A DNA stretch of 64,000 nucleotides from Leptospira sp. (GCA_034439575.1 JAWXAQ010000016.1:128001-192000); one strand, 5' to 3'; positions 1 to 10,678 are shown, counted from the first letter of the stretch. Notes: generated from the letters alone by a model not told the origin. Numbers and translations are program-made.

Positions 1-1
1 G

Positions 2-79
2 GATAAGGAGAGGTTTGCACAAATAGAAGAAAATATAAAATTTTATATCAATCGATCTTTAGGACAAATACCATCATGA
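2..79 (+). CDS. 3' end of upstream gene, probably RecB (partial)
   Basis: Open frame DKERFAQIEENIKFYINRSLGQIPS* ends at TGA 77-79, overlapping the recD ATG (ATGA coupling). The recB identity is inferred only from the usual recC-recB-recD order. Confidence 0.45.
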   Translation, partial: DKERFAQIEENIKFYINRSLGQIPS

Positions 80-1878
80 GTTCAGACACCTTCATTAAAC
101 ATTTAACATCCTATTCTGAACTATGGAACGAGAATACTTTAGAAATAATCAAATCATTGTTAGAAGCAGATAAAGAGGGACATTTATGTATTAATTGTAA
201 ACCTGAGTGGGAAACATTGATTCAATATCAACCTTCCCCATTCAAAATTCTAAACCTGCATGGCGAAAAATTAATATATTTTGAAAAATCTTTTCATTTG
301 AAAAACAAATTGGAAGAAAGCCTAAACCGTCTAATAGAGTTTAAACCTTCATCAGGTGTTAATGTTTCTAAAATTGATGATTTATTAACAGCATTAGAAA
401 ATAAATTTAGTCAATCTAAAGACATTGTTTTTAAACTGAATCCAGATCAAAGAATAGCGATTCAAAATTCAATTAACAGTCATTTTCAAATCATTACTGG
501 TGGCCCTGGAACTGGTAAAACAACGGTGGTGGCTTTTCTGTTGCAAACATTGTTAGAATTGGATTTATTACCAAATCTTGAAGAGATAGCTTTGGTTGCA
601 CCCACTGGACGGGCAGCTCAACGATTAACGGAATCAATACAATCAAATTTAAATTTAATAAACGAAAATCCCGAATTCGTAAGTTCTTTAAGTGGGCAAA
701 CATTACATTCTCTTTTAAATTATAGAAAAAATGAAGGGACTTTCTATTATAATAAAGATAGATCTCTCCCTTATCGCCTAATTATAGTAGACGAAGTTTC
801 AATGATAGACTTAAAAATGATGGTCTCACTTTTTGATGCTCTTACAAATATTATAAATAATCAAGAGGCAGATTTTCGATTGATTCTCTTAGGTGATCCA
901 AACCAACTTCCATCCGTGGAACGCGGAGCTGTGCTTTCAGATTTTTTAAGTGAAATTGATCCGAAAGAAAAAATTTTATCAGAACTTAAAACCAGTAACC
1001 GCCAATCAAATCAATCTAACTTATATAAATTGATGAAAACTATTTTTCCAGATAACAAAGAATCAAAAAATGTTATATCGTTTGATTTTCCTTTAGTTTC
1101 AAATGTACAAGATGGTTTCTCATCTAAAGAGGACGTACTATGGATTGAATCTTTAGATAAAAATCCAATTATCAATTTTGAATTAATGATTACAACACTT
1201 TGGGATCATTTATTTTTTCCACAAATTTTAGAAGTCAATCAATGGAACTTAATTTCAGAATCACAATTAAAATCATTTTCTAAAGAAAAATTCATTTCAT
1301 TTATAAACCGAATTCGATGCCTGAGTATCTTTCGCAATGGTTTTTTTGGAATACAAAACATTCATACTAAAATATTAAATCATGCGATGAAACATTTTCA
1401 GAACGTTAAAAATAATTTTCCATATGTAACTCTATCTAATTCTATCTACTTTGGAGGAATGCCTATCATCATTTTAAAAAATGATAAAAGTAGAAAACTA
1501 TTCAATGGAGATATTGGTCTGATACTTTCTATAGGAGAAGAACTTCGAGCTGTTTTCATCATTGAAGGAATTTTGTTTTCTTTTGCCATTGATACTTTAC
1601 CTGAGCATGAGCCTGCGTTTTTTTTAACAGTTCACAAAAGTCAAGGTTCCGAATATGAAACGGTTTTATTTTATCTACCGACTCTTTCTACTATTAATGA
1701 TAGTGTGGAAAGTGAAGGAAATTCATTATTAACAAAACAGATATTATATACTGCTGTCACTCGAGCAAAAAAAAGGTTAATATTAATCGGAGAAAAAGAA
1801 ACCTGGGAAAAAGGAATCAACAATCACCCCAAAAGAAAAACTGGATTTCAATTAAAACATAAAACTCTGTACGGCTAA
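76..1878 (+). CDS. recD: Exodeoxyribonuclease V alpha subunit RecD (SF1B helicase)
   Basis: Walker A ITGGPGTGKTT, APTGRAAQRL, IVDEVSMID, LGDPNQLPSV, FNGDIG, TVHKSQGSEY, LYTAVTRAK. Confidence 0.92.
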   Translation: MSSDTFIKHLTSYSELWNENTLEIIKSLLEADKEGHLCINCKPEWETLIQYQPSPFKILNLHGEKLIYFEKSFHLKNKLEESLNRLIEFKPSSGVNVSKIDDLLTALENKFSQSKDIVFKLNPDQRIAIQNSINSHFQIITGGPGTGKTTVVAFLLQTLLELDLLPNLEEIALVAPTGRAAQRLTESIQSNLNLINENPEFVSSLSGQTLHSLLNYRKNEGTFYYNKDRSLPYRLIIVDEVSMIDLKMMVSLFDALTNIINNQEADFRLILLGDPNQLPSVERGAVLSDFLSEIDPKEKILSELKTSNRQSNQSNLYKLMKTIFPDNKESKNVISFDFPLVSNVQDGFSSKEDVLWIESLDKNPIINFELMITTLWDHLFFPQILEVNQWNLISESQLKSFSKEKFISFINRIRCLSIFRNGFFGIQNIHTKILNHAMKHFQNVKNNFPYVTLSNSIYFGGMPIIILKNDKSRKLFNGDIGLILSIGEELRAVFIIEGILFSFAIDTLPEHEPAFFLTVHKSQGSEYETVLFYLPTLSTINDSVESEGNSLLTKQILYTAVTRAKKRLILIGEKETWEKGINNHPKRKTGFQLKHKTLYG

Positions 1879-2273
1879 TTATTATTAGGTGGGTTTACTT
1901 TTTCAACAGATAATATTCTGCTACCAACAAGATCATTATCAATAAGTAAAGAAAGTATATGTTTGCCAGGGCTTGGGAAAAGTACTCCAGAAAAATTTAA
2001 CGGAAGCTCGATCATTTCGCCATAATTTGAACTTTCAAATTCTCCATTCACTGGCATCACGATTTGATCATTGTCCATATTTTTAAGTATCAATTCAAAA
2101 CTATGTTTTCCTGTCAGATTTGTTAAGCCTATGTAAACACCCCATGGAGGGAATATGACTGGAAATTCCTGGGCCATAAATCTATTGAAGGTTCCGATGA
2201 TTCCTTTTTTATGATTGTCTTCTGTAATGATTCGGTCGGCAAAAAGTAAAGCTAAAAGTACTGGTTCAGACAT
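1875..2273 (-). CDS. Hypothetical protein (DUF6941-like small beta-rich protein)
   Basis: 132-aa ORF with LLFADRII..D..K.GIIGTF and FPSPGKH.L.L.ID patterns; 8 bp downstream of the SulP gene. Confidence 0.6.
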   Translation of the reverse strand: MSEPVLLALLFADRIITEDNHKKGIIGTFNRFMAQEFPVIFPPWGVYIGLTNLTGKHSFELILKNMDNDQIVMPVNGEFESSNYGEMIELPLNFSGVLFPSPGKHILSLLIDNDLVGSRILSVEKVNPPNNN

Positions 2274-2281
2274 AATCTTAA

Positions 2282-4441
2282 TTATTTTTCTTCAAAAGTA
2301 ACGACACCGGAAGATGTATCATAAAAAGCAGAGACCATTTGAATTTGATTTTTGGCAATCCTATTCGCTATATAACTGCTGTTATCCAATATTTCTTGTA
2401 TTGAATTTTGGACATTTGCCCGAACAACATGATTGAATACATGATCAGCTCCTTCAAATGGATTTTCAATATGTTGACATGCAAGGACTGATTTATAAAT
2501 TTTTTCGGTGATCGTAGAAATATTGCCCTCATCCAATTGATTAATGGCACTCGATACGGCTCCGCAATTTGAATGCCCTAAAACAACGATTAGCTTAGTT
2601 CCAATCTTATCACATGATAATTCCAAACTTCCCAATATCTCTTTATTTACAATATTGCCAGCAATGCGAATGGAAATCAAATCACCTAACCCAGCATCAA
2701 ATATAATTTCTGGACTCGTTCTAGAATCAATGCATGACAATACTACTGCGAAGGGATGTTGGCCAAAGGCAGTTGCATTTACTTGGTGTTTGAAATATTT
2801 TTCTGCCCACTTACCTTTTACAAAACGTTCATTCCCTCGTTTTAAAATTACTAGAATCTCAGAAGGTTTAATCTTTTGTTGAGCTTCTTTGTCCAATATA
2901 TTTACAAATTGAACTTGGTCTACCAACTCATATTGTTTTTTAATACCAATAAGATTGAGTTGAATTTTTCGCTCAACAGCGACAATACTCCGAAATTCCT
3001 CAATCAATTCAAGAATATCATGATCAATATAATTCGAATTAGTCGCATCAATTATGACTTTTGAATTTGGAGGCAGTGCCCAAAGTGTATCTTTAATAGA
3101 TGCTTTATTTAAAAAAGAAACTTGATTCGGTAATTCTACTCGAACAGTTTCGCCTATATTTAAAGTTTCTCTTTCTATTAGGAATGGGTTTTTATAGTTA
3201 TTTTTTAATAAAAAGAAAATACTAATTGTCAGTCCAATCAGTACACCAACCAACAAATCCGTAAATATAATGGCTGCTATAGTAACTACGAAGGGAATAA
3301 ATTGATTATTTCCTTTATTGTAATAGTCCTTAAATAAAGAAACGCGAGCCAGTTTATAACCAGTCACAAGTAATATAGCAGCAAGTGATGAAAGAGGGAT
3401 CTGATTGAGCAAAGATCCAAGTGTAAAAACACTAATTGCTAACAAAAATCCATGCATGATCGTAGAAAGTTTTGTTTTAGCTCCTGCATAAATATTTACC
3501 GTACTTCTCACGATAACGGATGTTATGGGTAATCCGCCGATAAAACCAGACAACATATTCCCCACGCCTTGTGCCATTAATTCAACATTAGGTGATGGAG
3601 CCCTTTTGTGCGGATCGATATTCTGAATGGCATCCAAATTCAAAAGTGTTTCTAAAGAGGCAAAAATAGCAATAGTTGAGGCGACTATCCATACTTTGAG
3701 ATTCAAGATTTGATCCCATGCAGGGAAAAGAAAAATTGAAGAAAAAGATTCTATTTTGGGAATATTTACCAAATGTTTTTCTGTTAAATACAATGCTGGA
3801 AAATATTCTTTAAATAAATTGTTAAGTAGGACTCCAACTATGACAACAAGCAGTGATGCTGGAAAAAATTTAATTTTTTTATCTAAAGGCTTTGCAATGA
3901 CAGTGAGTACGAATAAAGACACAGCCGAAATAACGATAGCGCCCCAAGAAAAATACTTATATGTTTTGAATAGTTCAGAGAATGTATTTTCACCATCTCT
4001 TTGAAAAAAAGCAAAGTCATCTTCCGGATCAACATCAAATCCAACAGCATGTGGAATTTGTTTTAAGATAAGAATGATACCAATGGCGGCAAGAAGACCT
4101 TTGATCACGTTAGAAGGGATATAGTTCGCGATAAAACCTGCGCGTAAAATACCCGCAATGATTTGCATGAGACCTGCAATCACAACAGCTAATAAAAAAA
4201 TATCAAAAGAGCCTAGTTGTGAAATAGCAGATATAACGACTGCCACCAAACCAGCCGCAGGCCCACTAACACTGATATGTGATTGGCTTAGGAAACCAAC
4301 AATGACCCCACCAATCACACCTGATATGACACCGGAGATCAATGGTGCTCCACTTGCCAGAGCCACACCTAAACATAAGGGTAGAGCGACTAAAAAAACA
4401 ACTAAGCTAGATGGTAAGTCATTCTTAATAGATGAAAACAT
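2282..4441 (-). CDS. SulP-family anion transporter fused to STAS and beta-carbonic anhydrase
   Basis: N-terminal DLPSSLVVFLVALPLCLGVALASGAP and SVSGPAAG (SulP); STAS-like VSFLNKA...YIDHD; C-terminal CIDSR and LGHSNCGA zinc ligands of beta-CA. Confidence 0.92.
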   Translation of the reverse strand: MFSSIKNDLPSSLVVFLVALPLCLGVALASGAPLISGVISGVIGGVIVGFLSQSHISVSGPAAGLVAVVISAISQLGSFDIFLLAVVIAGLMQIIAGILRAGFIANYIPSNVIKGLLAAIGIILILKQIPHAVGFDVDPEDDFAFFQRDGENTFSELFKTYKYFSWGAIVISAVSLFVLTVIAKPLDKKIKFFPASLLVVIVGVLLNNLFKEYFPALYLTEKHLVNIPKIESFSSIFLFPAWDQILNLKVWIVASTIAIFASLETLLNLDAIQNIDPHKRAPSPNVELMAQGVGNMLSGFIGGLPITSVIVRSTVNIYAGAKTKLSTIMHGFLLAISVFTLGSLLNQIPLSSLAAILLVTGYKLARVSLFKDYYNKGNNQFIPFVVTIAAIIFTDLLVGVLIGLTISIFFLLKNNYKNPFLIERETLNIGETVRVELPNQVSFLNKASIKDTLWALPPNSKVIIDATNSNYIDHDILELIEEFRSIVAVERKIQLNLIGIKKQYELVDQVQFVNILDKEAQQKIKPSEILVILKRGNERFVKGKWAEKYFKHQVNATAFGQHPFAVVLSCIDSRTSPEIIFDAGLGDLISIRIAGNIVNKEILGSLELSCDKIGTKLIVVLGHSNCGAVSSAINQLDEGNISTITEKIYKSVLACQHIENPFEGADHVFNHVVRANVQNSIQEILDNSSYIANRIAKNQIQMVSAFYDTSSGVVTFEEK

Positions 4442-4502
4442 AGCAGTAAAGGGAATATTATATATCTATAATGAATTGTCAACTTTATACATGAGAATCA
4501 TT

Positions 4503-6284
4503 CTAAATTTTATTAGGAATAGTGATATGAAAAGAAGAACCTACTCCTAACTCACTTTCAACCCAAATGCTACCATTGTGTCTGTTTACGAATTCATTGC
4601 ACAGAATTAAACCAAGACCTGTTCCTCGTTCACCTTTTGTTCCAGGCATACTCGCTTGTTTGGATTCCAATTTAAATAGTTTGGATGCTGTCATAGCATT
4701 CATACCTATGCCCGTATCGTTTACTGTTATTTGGACGTTGTCAATATTTTGTTTGGCTGTGATCTTAACAATACCATTGGCACGAGTATATTTTATCGCA
4801 TTACTAATTAAATTTCTTAGAATCGTTTCTAACATGCTTTGGTCTGCATATATTAGCTGATTGATGGGGATCTCATTTTGTAATTGAATTTCCTTATTTT
4901 CTGCAGAGAAGGAAAGTACTTGGATGCAACGTTGTGTAATCGTATATAAAGATTGTACTTCCAAATCAAAAGATAATTCTCCTTTTTGAGATCTCGCCCA
5001 AGTTAATAGATTGTCCAACAAAGATAAAACTTCTTTGCTGGCATCCTCTAACAATGATAATTCCATTTTAGTTTTATTTAAATCCTGTTCATCTATTTCT
5101 TCTAAAATCATTGAGACGAAAGTATGAATCCCACCAATTGGTGCCTTAAGATCATGTGCAATTATGGAAAGAAATTTATCCTTAGTTGAATTTAAAGATT
5201 CTAATTCCGACAAATACTTGTTAATATCTTTTTCTATCTGCTTTCTGCTATCAATATTACGAGAAACACCTAGTATTTCTAAATTTCCGTTTTTACCAAT
5301 TTGAATACTTGTAATTAATTCGACCCAAATGATTTGTTTGTTATTATTTAATTGAGAAACTTCATCAGTAAAATATAATTTGTTTAAGGATTCTTTGCGG
5401 AATTCTTTAGTTCTTTGATCGATCTTTTCTATCAACTCTGTATAGGAACTTAAAGTAAAACTATCCTTGAAACTTTCTTGCATGGCTTCTTTGACACGAA
5501 GCCCTCTAAGTTGATATATTGATGGGCTTATATATGTATACCTTTGTAATATTAGATCATAGACCCATATAACATCAGAACTATTCTCAGCAAGTAACCT
5601 ATAATTATCTTCACTTTCAATTTGTTCGTTTACAAACCTATCAATACACATCATAATAAAACCAAATGTTAGCATAACTGATGTTATATAAAACGAAAGG
5701 TATGTAAGATCCTGTATTTTACTTGGACCGAAAGTAATCGATATAGATTCTACTTCAAAAAAAGAATAATAATAAACTCTATAAATCAGTAATATTCCAC
5801 AGGCACTAAAAAAAATTGAGGTGTACAAATTGCTCAGAGTACGATTAATCTTTTTTTCAATGATTTCATACATACCGCCTAATAATGGAATAGCGGCAAA
5901 GGCTGATATAAGTGATATCCTGAATTTTTGATTTATATCTGAATGTAATATGATAAGTAAACCAATGATTTCAAATAATACCAAACTACAGCCAAAGAGC
6001 CAAAGTGGTTTTTTGCCAAAAAATATTCGAATTATATTTAGATAATATATTAATGAAAATAATAACGTGGCATTTCCAATGACTATAGAAATGATATCTG
6101 GAATTTTCCCGCGAAGAACACCCAATATAACCCATCCAAGTGACTGAATGAGTGTGGCATACGACCAACTGCGAACAACACTTAACTTACCTAAATGACC
6201 TCTAGAGGCAAGGTATAAACCTGTCCCCATTAAAAAGGAACCAATCAAGTTTACAATAATTATCGTTAGAGGGTCAATATGCAT
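4503..6284 (-). CDS. Membrane-bound PAS sensor histidine kinase
   Basis: About 7 N-terminal TM helices, PAS (YRLLAENSSDVIW...YISPS), H-box IIAHDLKAP, NLISNAIKYT, DTGIGM, GTGLGL. Confidence 0.9.
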   Translation of the reverse strand: MHIDPLTIIIVNLIGSFLMGTGLYLASRGHLGKLSVVRSWSYATLIQSLGWVILGVLRGKIPDIISIVIGNATLLFSLIYYLNIIRIFFGKKPLWLFGCSLVLFEIIGLLIILHSDINQKFRISLISAFAAIPLLGGMYEIIEKKINRTLSNLYTSIFFSACGILLIYRVYYYSFFEVESISITFGPSKIQDLTYLSFYITSVMLTFGFIMMCIDRFVNEQIESEDNYRLLAENSSDVIWVYDLILQRYTYISPSIYQLRGLRVKEAMQESFKDSFTLSSYTELIEKIDQRTKEFRKESLNKLYFTDEVSQLNNNKQIIWVELITSIQIGKNGNLEILGVSRNIDSRKQIEKDINKYLSELESLNSTKDKFLSIIAHDLKAPIGGIHTFVSMILEEIDEQDLNKTKMELSLLEDASKEVLSLLDNLLTWARSQKGELSFDLEVQSLYTITQRCIQVLSFSAENKEIQLQNEIPINQLIYADQSMLETILRNLISNAIKYTRANGIVKITAKQNIDNVQITVNDTGIGMNAMTASKLFKLESKQASMPGTKGERGTGLGLILCNEFVNRHNGSIWVESELGVGSSFHITIPNKI

Positions 6285-6293
6285 AATAAGTAT

Positions 6294-8168
6294 TTATTCT
6301 AAAACATGACGTGGGAACCTTAAAGTAATCTCTGTTCCTTGTTTTGGTTGACTGCGTAAATTAATCCGACCACCGAGCGATTCTACAAGACTCTTGACCA
6401 AATATAATCCGAGACCTTTCCCTTCTGTCGATTGATGAAATCTTTTGTATAAGCCAAAAATTTGATTTCCGTATTGAGATAAATCTATCCCAGTGCCATT
6501 ATCGGTTATAGTGATTAGAATAAACTGATCTTCTAATGAAGTTACAATCTTAACTTCTAAATTCCTAGAAGCATCGCGAAATTTTATACTATTTGAAATT
6601 AGATTAATTAATATGGTATATAAACGCCCCCGCACAATTTTCAATGCAGAAATGGCATTCAAATCAACAATAAAGGTTACACCTGTTTTTTTAATCGCAT
6701 CAGAAAGTTGATCTTTTATTTCTTCGATGACTTCATATAAATTAATATTTTCTCTTCTTTCGGCATAATCATGTTTGCCACGTAATACATAATTCAAATC
6801 TTTAAGTATCTCATCCAGTTTATTAGCACTCTCTAATAAATATGATTGAAACTGCAGTTTATCTTCCTCAGGCAAAGAAGCATCTCCCAATGCATTTACG
6901 ATAGATATAATATTTGTTACTGGAGCACGAAGATTGTGTGATACGATATATGCAAATTGTTCGAGTTCTTTATTGTGTTGAATGATATCACTGGTTAATC
7001 TATTTCTTTGAATTTCTTCTAATTTTTGATCTGTAATATCTCGTGTTGAAAGCATCACGCCAAGTATAGAACCATCATGATTTAGAATAGGTAAAAATCT
7101 ATTTTGTATCCAGATTTCTTTTCCATCGGGGAGATTCAGATTTACGTTATATTCTAATTTTTCTCCTCCAAGAACCTTATTCAAGTTATCTGAGAGTGCC
7201 TTCTTTCTTTCGGCTAATACATGCTCTATGATTTTATCACCGATCTTCGGGTTGTGATTAAATAGAAATTTAGAATATTTTTCAGCCAAAGAATTAAATA
7301 ATATAACCCTTAAATCTTTATCCAATAATATATATGCTGTATCTGTAGCTTGAAAGATAGTTCTAAAATTAGCTTCAGACTTTTCAACAGCTTGTTGGGC
7401 AAGTTTAAACTTTGTGATCACATCAGTTAAAAAAATCAAACCCCCTACTTTTCCATTCACTAAATACCAAGGTTGAATTTCCCATTTCAACCAAACAGTC
7501 TCTCCATTATCTCTTATAAAAAAATCTTCATCACTCTTTTGGACATTTCCTTTTAAACACCATGAATGTATTTCTTTCCATCTGTCAGGCAGATCAGGAA
7601 AAATATCATAATGTCTTTTACCGATAACATCTGCTTCCGTTAGCTGATAATCCGTATACCATCTTTTACTCACCACCATATAACGAAGATTTGTATCAAG
7701 CATGGCTAGTGCGGCAGGGCTATTTTCAACGAATAGTCGTAAAGTATGTTCCCTTTCTGATAATTGATCTTTTGTTTTGTGTTGTTCCGTAATATCTACA
7801 AAGACATAAAATATTTGATTAGGGTATTTTACAATTGTTAGGTAAAAATATTTAGATTCTCCAGTTTTGGTATTAATTTTAATATTTAATGTGGGGGACG
7901 TTAAAGTTTTTGAATCAATAATTGTTTCTATTTTTGAAGAAATCAATGTATCAAATTTTTCTTTATGTTTTGATTCGATAAATAATTGGGTTAAAAATAA
8001 TTGTTCATTCAAAACATCTTTCTTATCAAATCCAGTCAAACTTAGGAATGCAGCATTCAAAGAAATCAAAACTCCCTCATCAGAGAAAGATACCAAACCA
8101 ATCATACATCGATTCAGTAAATCAATGTTAAGATCAGAAAGCATATCTTTAGGAGGTAACAAACTCAT
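6294..8168 (-). CDS. Cytoplasmic multi-PAS sensor histidine kinase
   Basis: Three PAS-like segments, H-box FAYIVSHNLRAP, NLISNSIKF, DNGTGI, GKGLGL; no TM segment. Confidence 0.9.
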   Translation of the reverse strand: MSLLPPKDMLSDLNIDLLNRCMIGLVSFSDEGVLISLNAAFLSLTGFDKKDVLNEQLFLTQLFIESKHKEKFDTLISSKIETIIDSKTLTSPTLNIKINTKTGESKYFYLTIVKYPNQIFYVFVDITEQHKTKDQLSEREHTLRLFVENSPAALAMLDTNLRYMVVSKRWYTDYQLTEADVIGKRHYDIFPDLPDRWKEIHSWCLKGNVQKSDEDFFIRDNGETVWLKWEIQPWYLVNGKVGGLIFLTDVITKFKLAQQAVEKSEANFRTIFQATDTAYILLDKDLRVILFNSLAEKYSKFLFNHNPKIGDKIIEHVLAERKKALSDNLNKVLGGEKLEYNVNLNLPDGKEIWIQNRFLPILNHDGSILGVMLSTRDITDQKLEEIQRNRLTSDIIQHNKELEQFAYIVSHNLRAPVTNIISIVNALGDASLPEEDKLQFQSYLLESANKLDEILKDLNYVLRGKHDYAERRENINLYEVIEEIKDQLSDAIKKTGVTFIVDLNAISALKIVRGRLYTILINLISNSIKFRDASRNLEVKIVTSLEDQFILITITDNGTGIDLSQYGNQIFGLYKRFHQSTEGKGLGLYLVKSLVESLGGRINLRSQPKQGTEITLRFPRHVLE

Positions 8169-8244
8169 AATATTATATAATTAATTTTAAACTCTGAAGT
8201 ACCGAACTGTCTAGAAAAAATCTTATATTAAATACAAATTGCGA

Positions 8245-8556
8245 CTAAAGATACGAGCAACAATAATCAGTAACAGTTTTTATCTGAAGCTTAAATTTTG
8301 CATTAGCGGGAACTTCAAATGTATACTTTCCTTTAATTTCTATCCAATCTTCGTTTTCAGGCAAAAGCACTTTCAAATCCCCAGACAAAATTTCCATAAT
8401 TTCTTTTTGCTCAGTACCAAATTCATAATCCCCAGGCAACATAATCCCCAAAGTTTTTTTCTCACCATGGGGAAAAAGGATAGTCCGACTCGTCACTTTC
8501 CCATCAAAATATACATTTGCCTTCTTAACGACTGTTATGTTTTGGAACGATTCCAT
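8245..8556 (-). CDS. ppnP: Pyrimidine/purine nucleoside phosphorylase (DUF1255)
   Basis: [40 protein letters not shown]. Confidence 0.88.
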   Translation of the reverse strand: MESFQNITVVKKANVYFDGKVTSRTILFPHGEKKTLGIMLPGDYEFGTEQKEIMEILSGDLKVLLPENEDWIEIKGKYTFEVPANAKFKLQIKTVTDYCCSYL

Positions 8557-8909
8557 AATGTTTCTCCGAACTCTTAATTAAAGAACCAATTCTACTTTAG
8601 CATCTCTCCTTTCTAGCATTTTTTAATTCGTTTGAAAATCGATAAAGCTGCATTTTTCAATCATATTTGTTTGTTTGTAATGAAAATTTTTAATGAAAAA
8701 CCAAATGATTCAAACTCTATTAGCCCGTCTTTTAGAATCATTCACTTATCAAATACTAGGTGATCTTTATAATTGATTCGGTATATAATTCTAATTGAGA
8801 TCGAATCCAAATTAGAGTGAAAATATTTTTATACTTCGTATCTCTGATACAAATTTAAAAAGTGTTTGATTTATCTGGAAAATCGAAAAGGCTTTCCGTA
8901 TATAATTCA

Positions 8910-9518
8910 ATGAACGTTCCAGAAAATAAGAAAATTAAGGCGCGTGAAAAATCTATGGAAAGCATCAGAAATTCTGCTATTCATTTATTTTCTAGACACG
9001 GATTTTCAGGAACAACTATGGAAATGATCGCCAAGCATGCGAAAGTTTCTAAAGGGCTCGCCTACAATTATTTTAAAAGTAAAAATCAAATCTTTGAAAT
9101 GATTTTAGATCAACATCTTTCTAAACATGAATCGATATATAAATCAATTCCACCTCACTTACCTGCCAAAGAATATTTACGTGAATTTTTTCATAAATCA
9201 ACAGAGTTTATGACAAATGAAAAGAAAACCTTGATACTAATCTCTGTATGTTTGTACCAACCCCAATCGGTATCTCTTTCTAAAAAAATGACAGAAAGTT
9301 TCGAAAAAAGATTAGCACCTTTTAAAGAAACGATCAAAGAAAAATTTAGAAGTCTAGGAATCACAGATCCAGATGCCGAATTTTTATTTGTAAGAATTTT
9401 CTTACATGGAATTTTCACTTTGCAATGTGTTCATTTAAGTGAAGGATTCTCCGAATCTAAGTTAGTTGATTTATTTCTCTCAAGATACAGCGAAAAAAAC
9501 TCAGTCAACCATTCCTGA
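8910..9518 (+). CDS. TetR/AcrR-family transcriptional regulator
   Basis: HTH: AIHLFSRHGFSGTTMEMIAKHAKVSKGLAYNYFKSK. ATG 8910 chosen; the ORF track starts at 8862. Confidence 0.88.
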   Translation: MNVPENKKIKAREKSMESIRNSAIHLFSRHGFSGTTMEMIAKHAKVSKGLAYNYFKSKNQIFEMILDQHLSKHESIYKSIPPHLPAKEYLREFFHKSTEFMTNEKKTLILISVCLYQPQSVSLSKKMTESFEKRLAPFKETIKEKFRSLGITDPDAEFLFVRIFLHGIFTLQCVHLSEGFSESKLVDLFLSRYSEKNSVNHS

Positions 9519-9974
9519 AGGAATTTTCAAAATCAATAAATTGGTTGTTGCTGTAGCCAGTAATTTCCCTTTTTCCGTTTTCATTTCCGCTGTCATATGC
9601 ATTGTAGAAAATCCTTTCGCTTCTATGTTAGCTGTGACAACGACTGATTGGTTTATAGCTACACTGCGAATGTATTGTATATTCATATCGATTGTAGTCG
9701 TTGGTTTTTTTGCGATTAAATAACTTAGCGGACCAAAGGCATTATCAAAAGCTGCTGCAATATATCCACCTTGCATAAATCCCATAGGATTTGTTTGATT
9801 TTCTTTAACGGGAAATAAGACAGTGATGCTTTTATTTTTTGTATAACTGATTATTTCAGCATTCATATCCATAAAAGATGGCGGTGGAACAGTCACCTTT
9901 CTAACTCCAGAATTAAATTCTTTCGTCATTTCATTTAATATTTTATTAGTTTCTTCTTTTGTTAATATAGACAT
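9501..9974 (-). CDS. PaaI-family (hotdog-fold) thioesterase
   Basis: NPMGFMQGGYIAAAFDNAFG, TTIDMNIQYIR, GKLLATAT. Confidence 0.88.
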   Translation of the reverse strand: MSILTKEETNKILNEMTKEFNSGVRKVTVPPPSFMDMNAEIISYTKNKSITVLFPVKENQTNPMGFMQGGYIAAAFDNAFGPLSYLIAKKPTTTIDMNIQYIRSVAINQSVVVTANIEAKGFSTMHMTAEMKTEKGKLLATATTNLLILKIPSGMVD

Positions 9975-10006
9975 TCGATTAACCTCAATTTGTTATCATT
10001 TCAATA

Positions 10007-10025
10007 ATGTGACCAATTGTTACAT
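10007..10025. promoter_or_regulatory. Putative TetR operator 1 (ATGTGACCAATTGTTACAT)
   Basis: Imperfect palindrome extending to 35 bp (9999-10033, TTTCAAT...ATTGAAA) between divergent paaI-like and tetR genes. Confidence 0.65.
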
Positions 10026-10049
10026 CATTGAAATTTCTGTAAAGAAATT

Positions 10050-10068
10050 ATGTTGCCATTGGTTACAT
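10050..10068. promoter_or_regulatory. Putative TetR operator 2 (ATGTTGCCATTGGTTACAT)
   Basis: Second copy of the same 19-bp dyad, 19 bp upstream of the tetR ATG. Confidence 0.65.
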
Positions 10069-10087
10069 AAAATTTATTTTATACATT

Positions 10088-10678
10088 ATGAAAAGAAAAA
10101 CATACCATCATGGAGATTTAAAGGCTACTCTTTTCAAATCTTGTCACAAATTGCTAAAAAAATTTGATCCAAGTGAAATTTCGTTACGCATTGTGGCAGA
10201 TCTCGCAGGCGTGTCACATTCTGCCATTTACAGACATTTTAAGGACAAAGATGAGTTACTAGAAGTTATGGCAGCCTATGGATTCGATAGACTTGCTCGT
10301 GCCCAAAATAAGGCTTTCGAAAAAGAAAAAAATTATGAAGCGGGTTTGATTCAACTCGGTTTAGCATACATACAATTCGCAACTTCAAATCCACATTATT
10401 ATAAAATAATGTTTTTAACAAAAAGAAATAATCCAAGCCATAACTTAAGAAGATCACAATTAAGGTCTTATTCTGTACTCGTATCGTCATGCAAACTATT
10501 TTTAAAAGAAAAAATGAATGCCACCGAACCAAGAGTATATGCACTTATGTGTTGGTCTCTTGTGCATGGGTATTCAAATCTATGTATAGAAACCGAGTTT
10601 CCTAAGTCAGAAGCGAGTTCTTTAAAAAAATCCTATCCCCATTTTGCTGAAGAAGTTTTAAGAAATGCGATCAATTAA
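10088..10678 (+). CDS. TetR-family regulator (WHG-type C-terminus)
   Basis: YHHGDLK, SLRIVADLAGVSHSAIYRHFKDK, WSLVHG. Confidence 0.9.
   Translation: MKRKTYHHGDLKATLFKSCHKLLKKFDPSEISLRIVADLAGVSHSAIYRHFKDKDELLEVMAAYGFDRLARAQNKAFEKEKNYEAGLIQLGLAYIQFATSNPHYYKIMFLTKRNNPSHNLRRSQLRSYSVLVSSCKLFLKEKMNATEPRVYALMCWSLVHGYSNLCIETEFPKSEASSLKKSYPHFAEEVLRNAIN

Noticed and set aside
8781..8908. Direct repeat GTATATAATTC (8781 and 8898) upstream of tetR
   Set aside because: Only two AT-rich 11-mers containing TATAAT; may be tandem -10 boxes or chance, and not an array.
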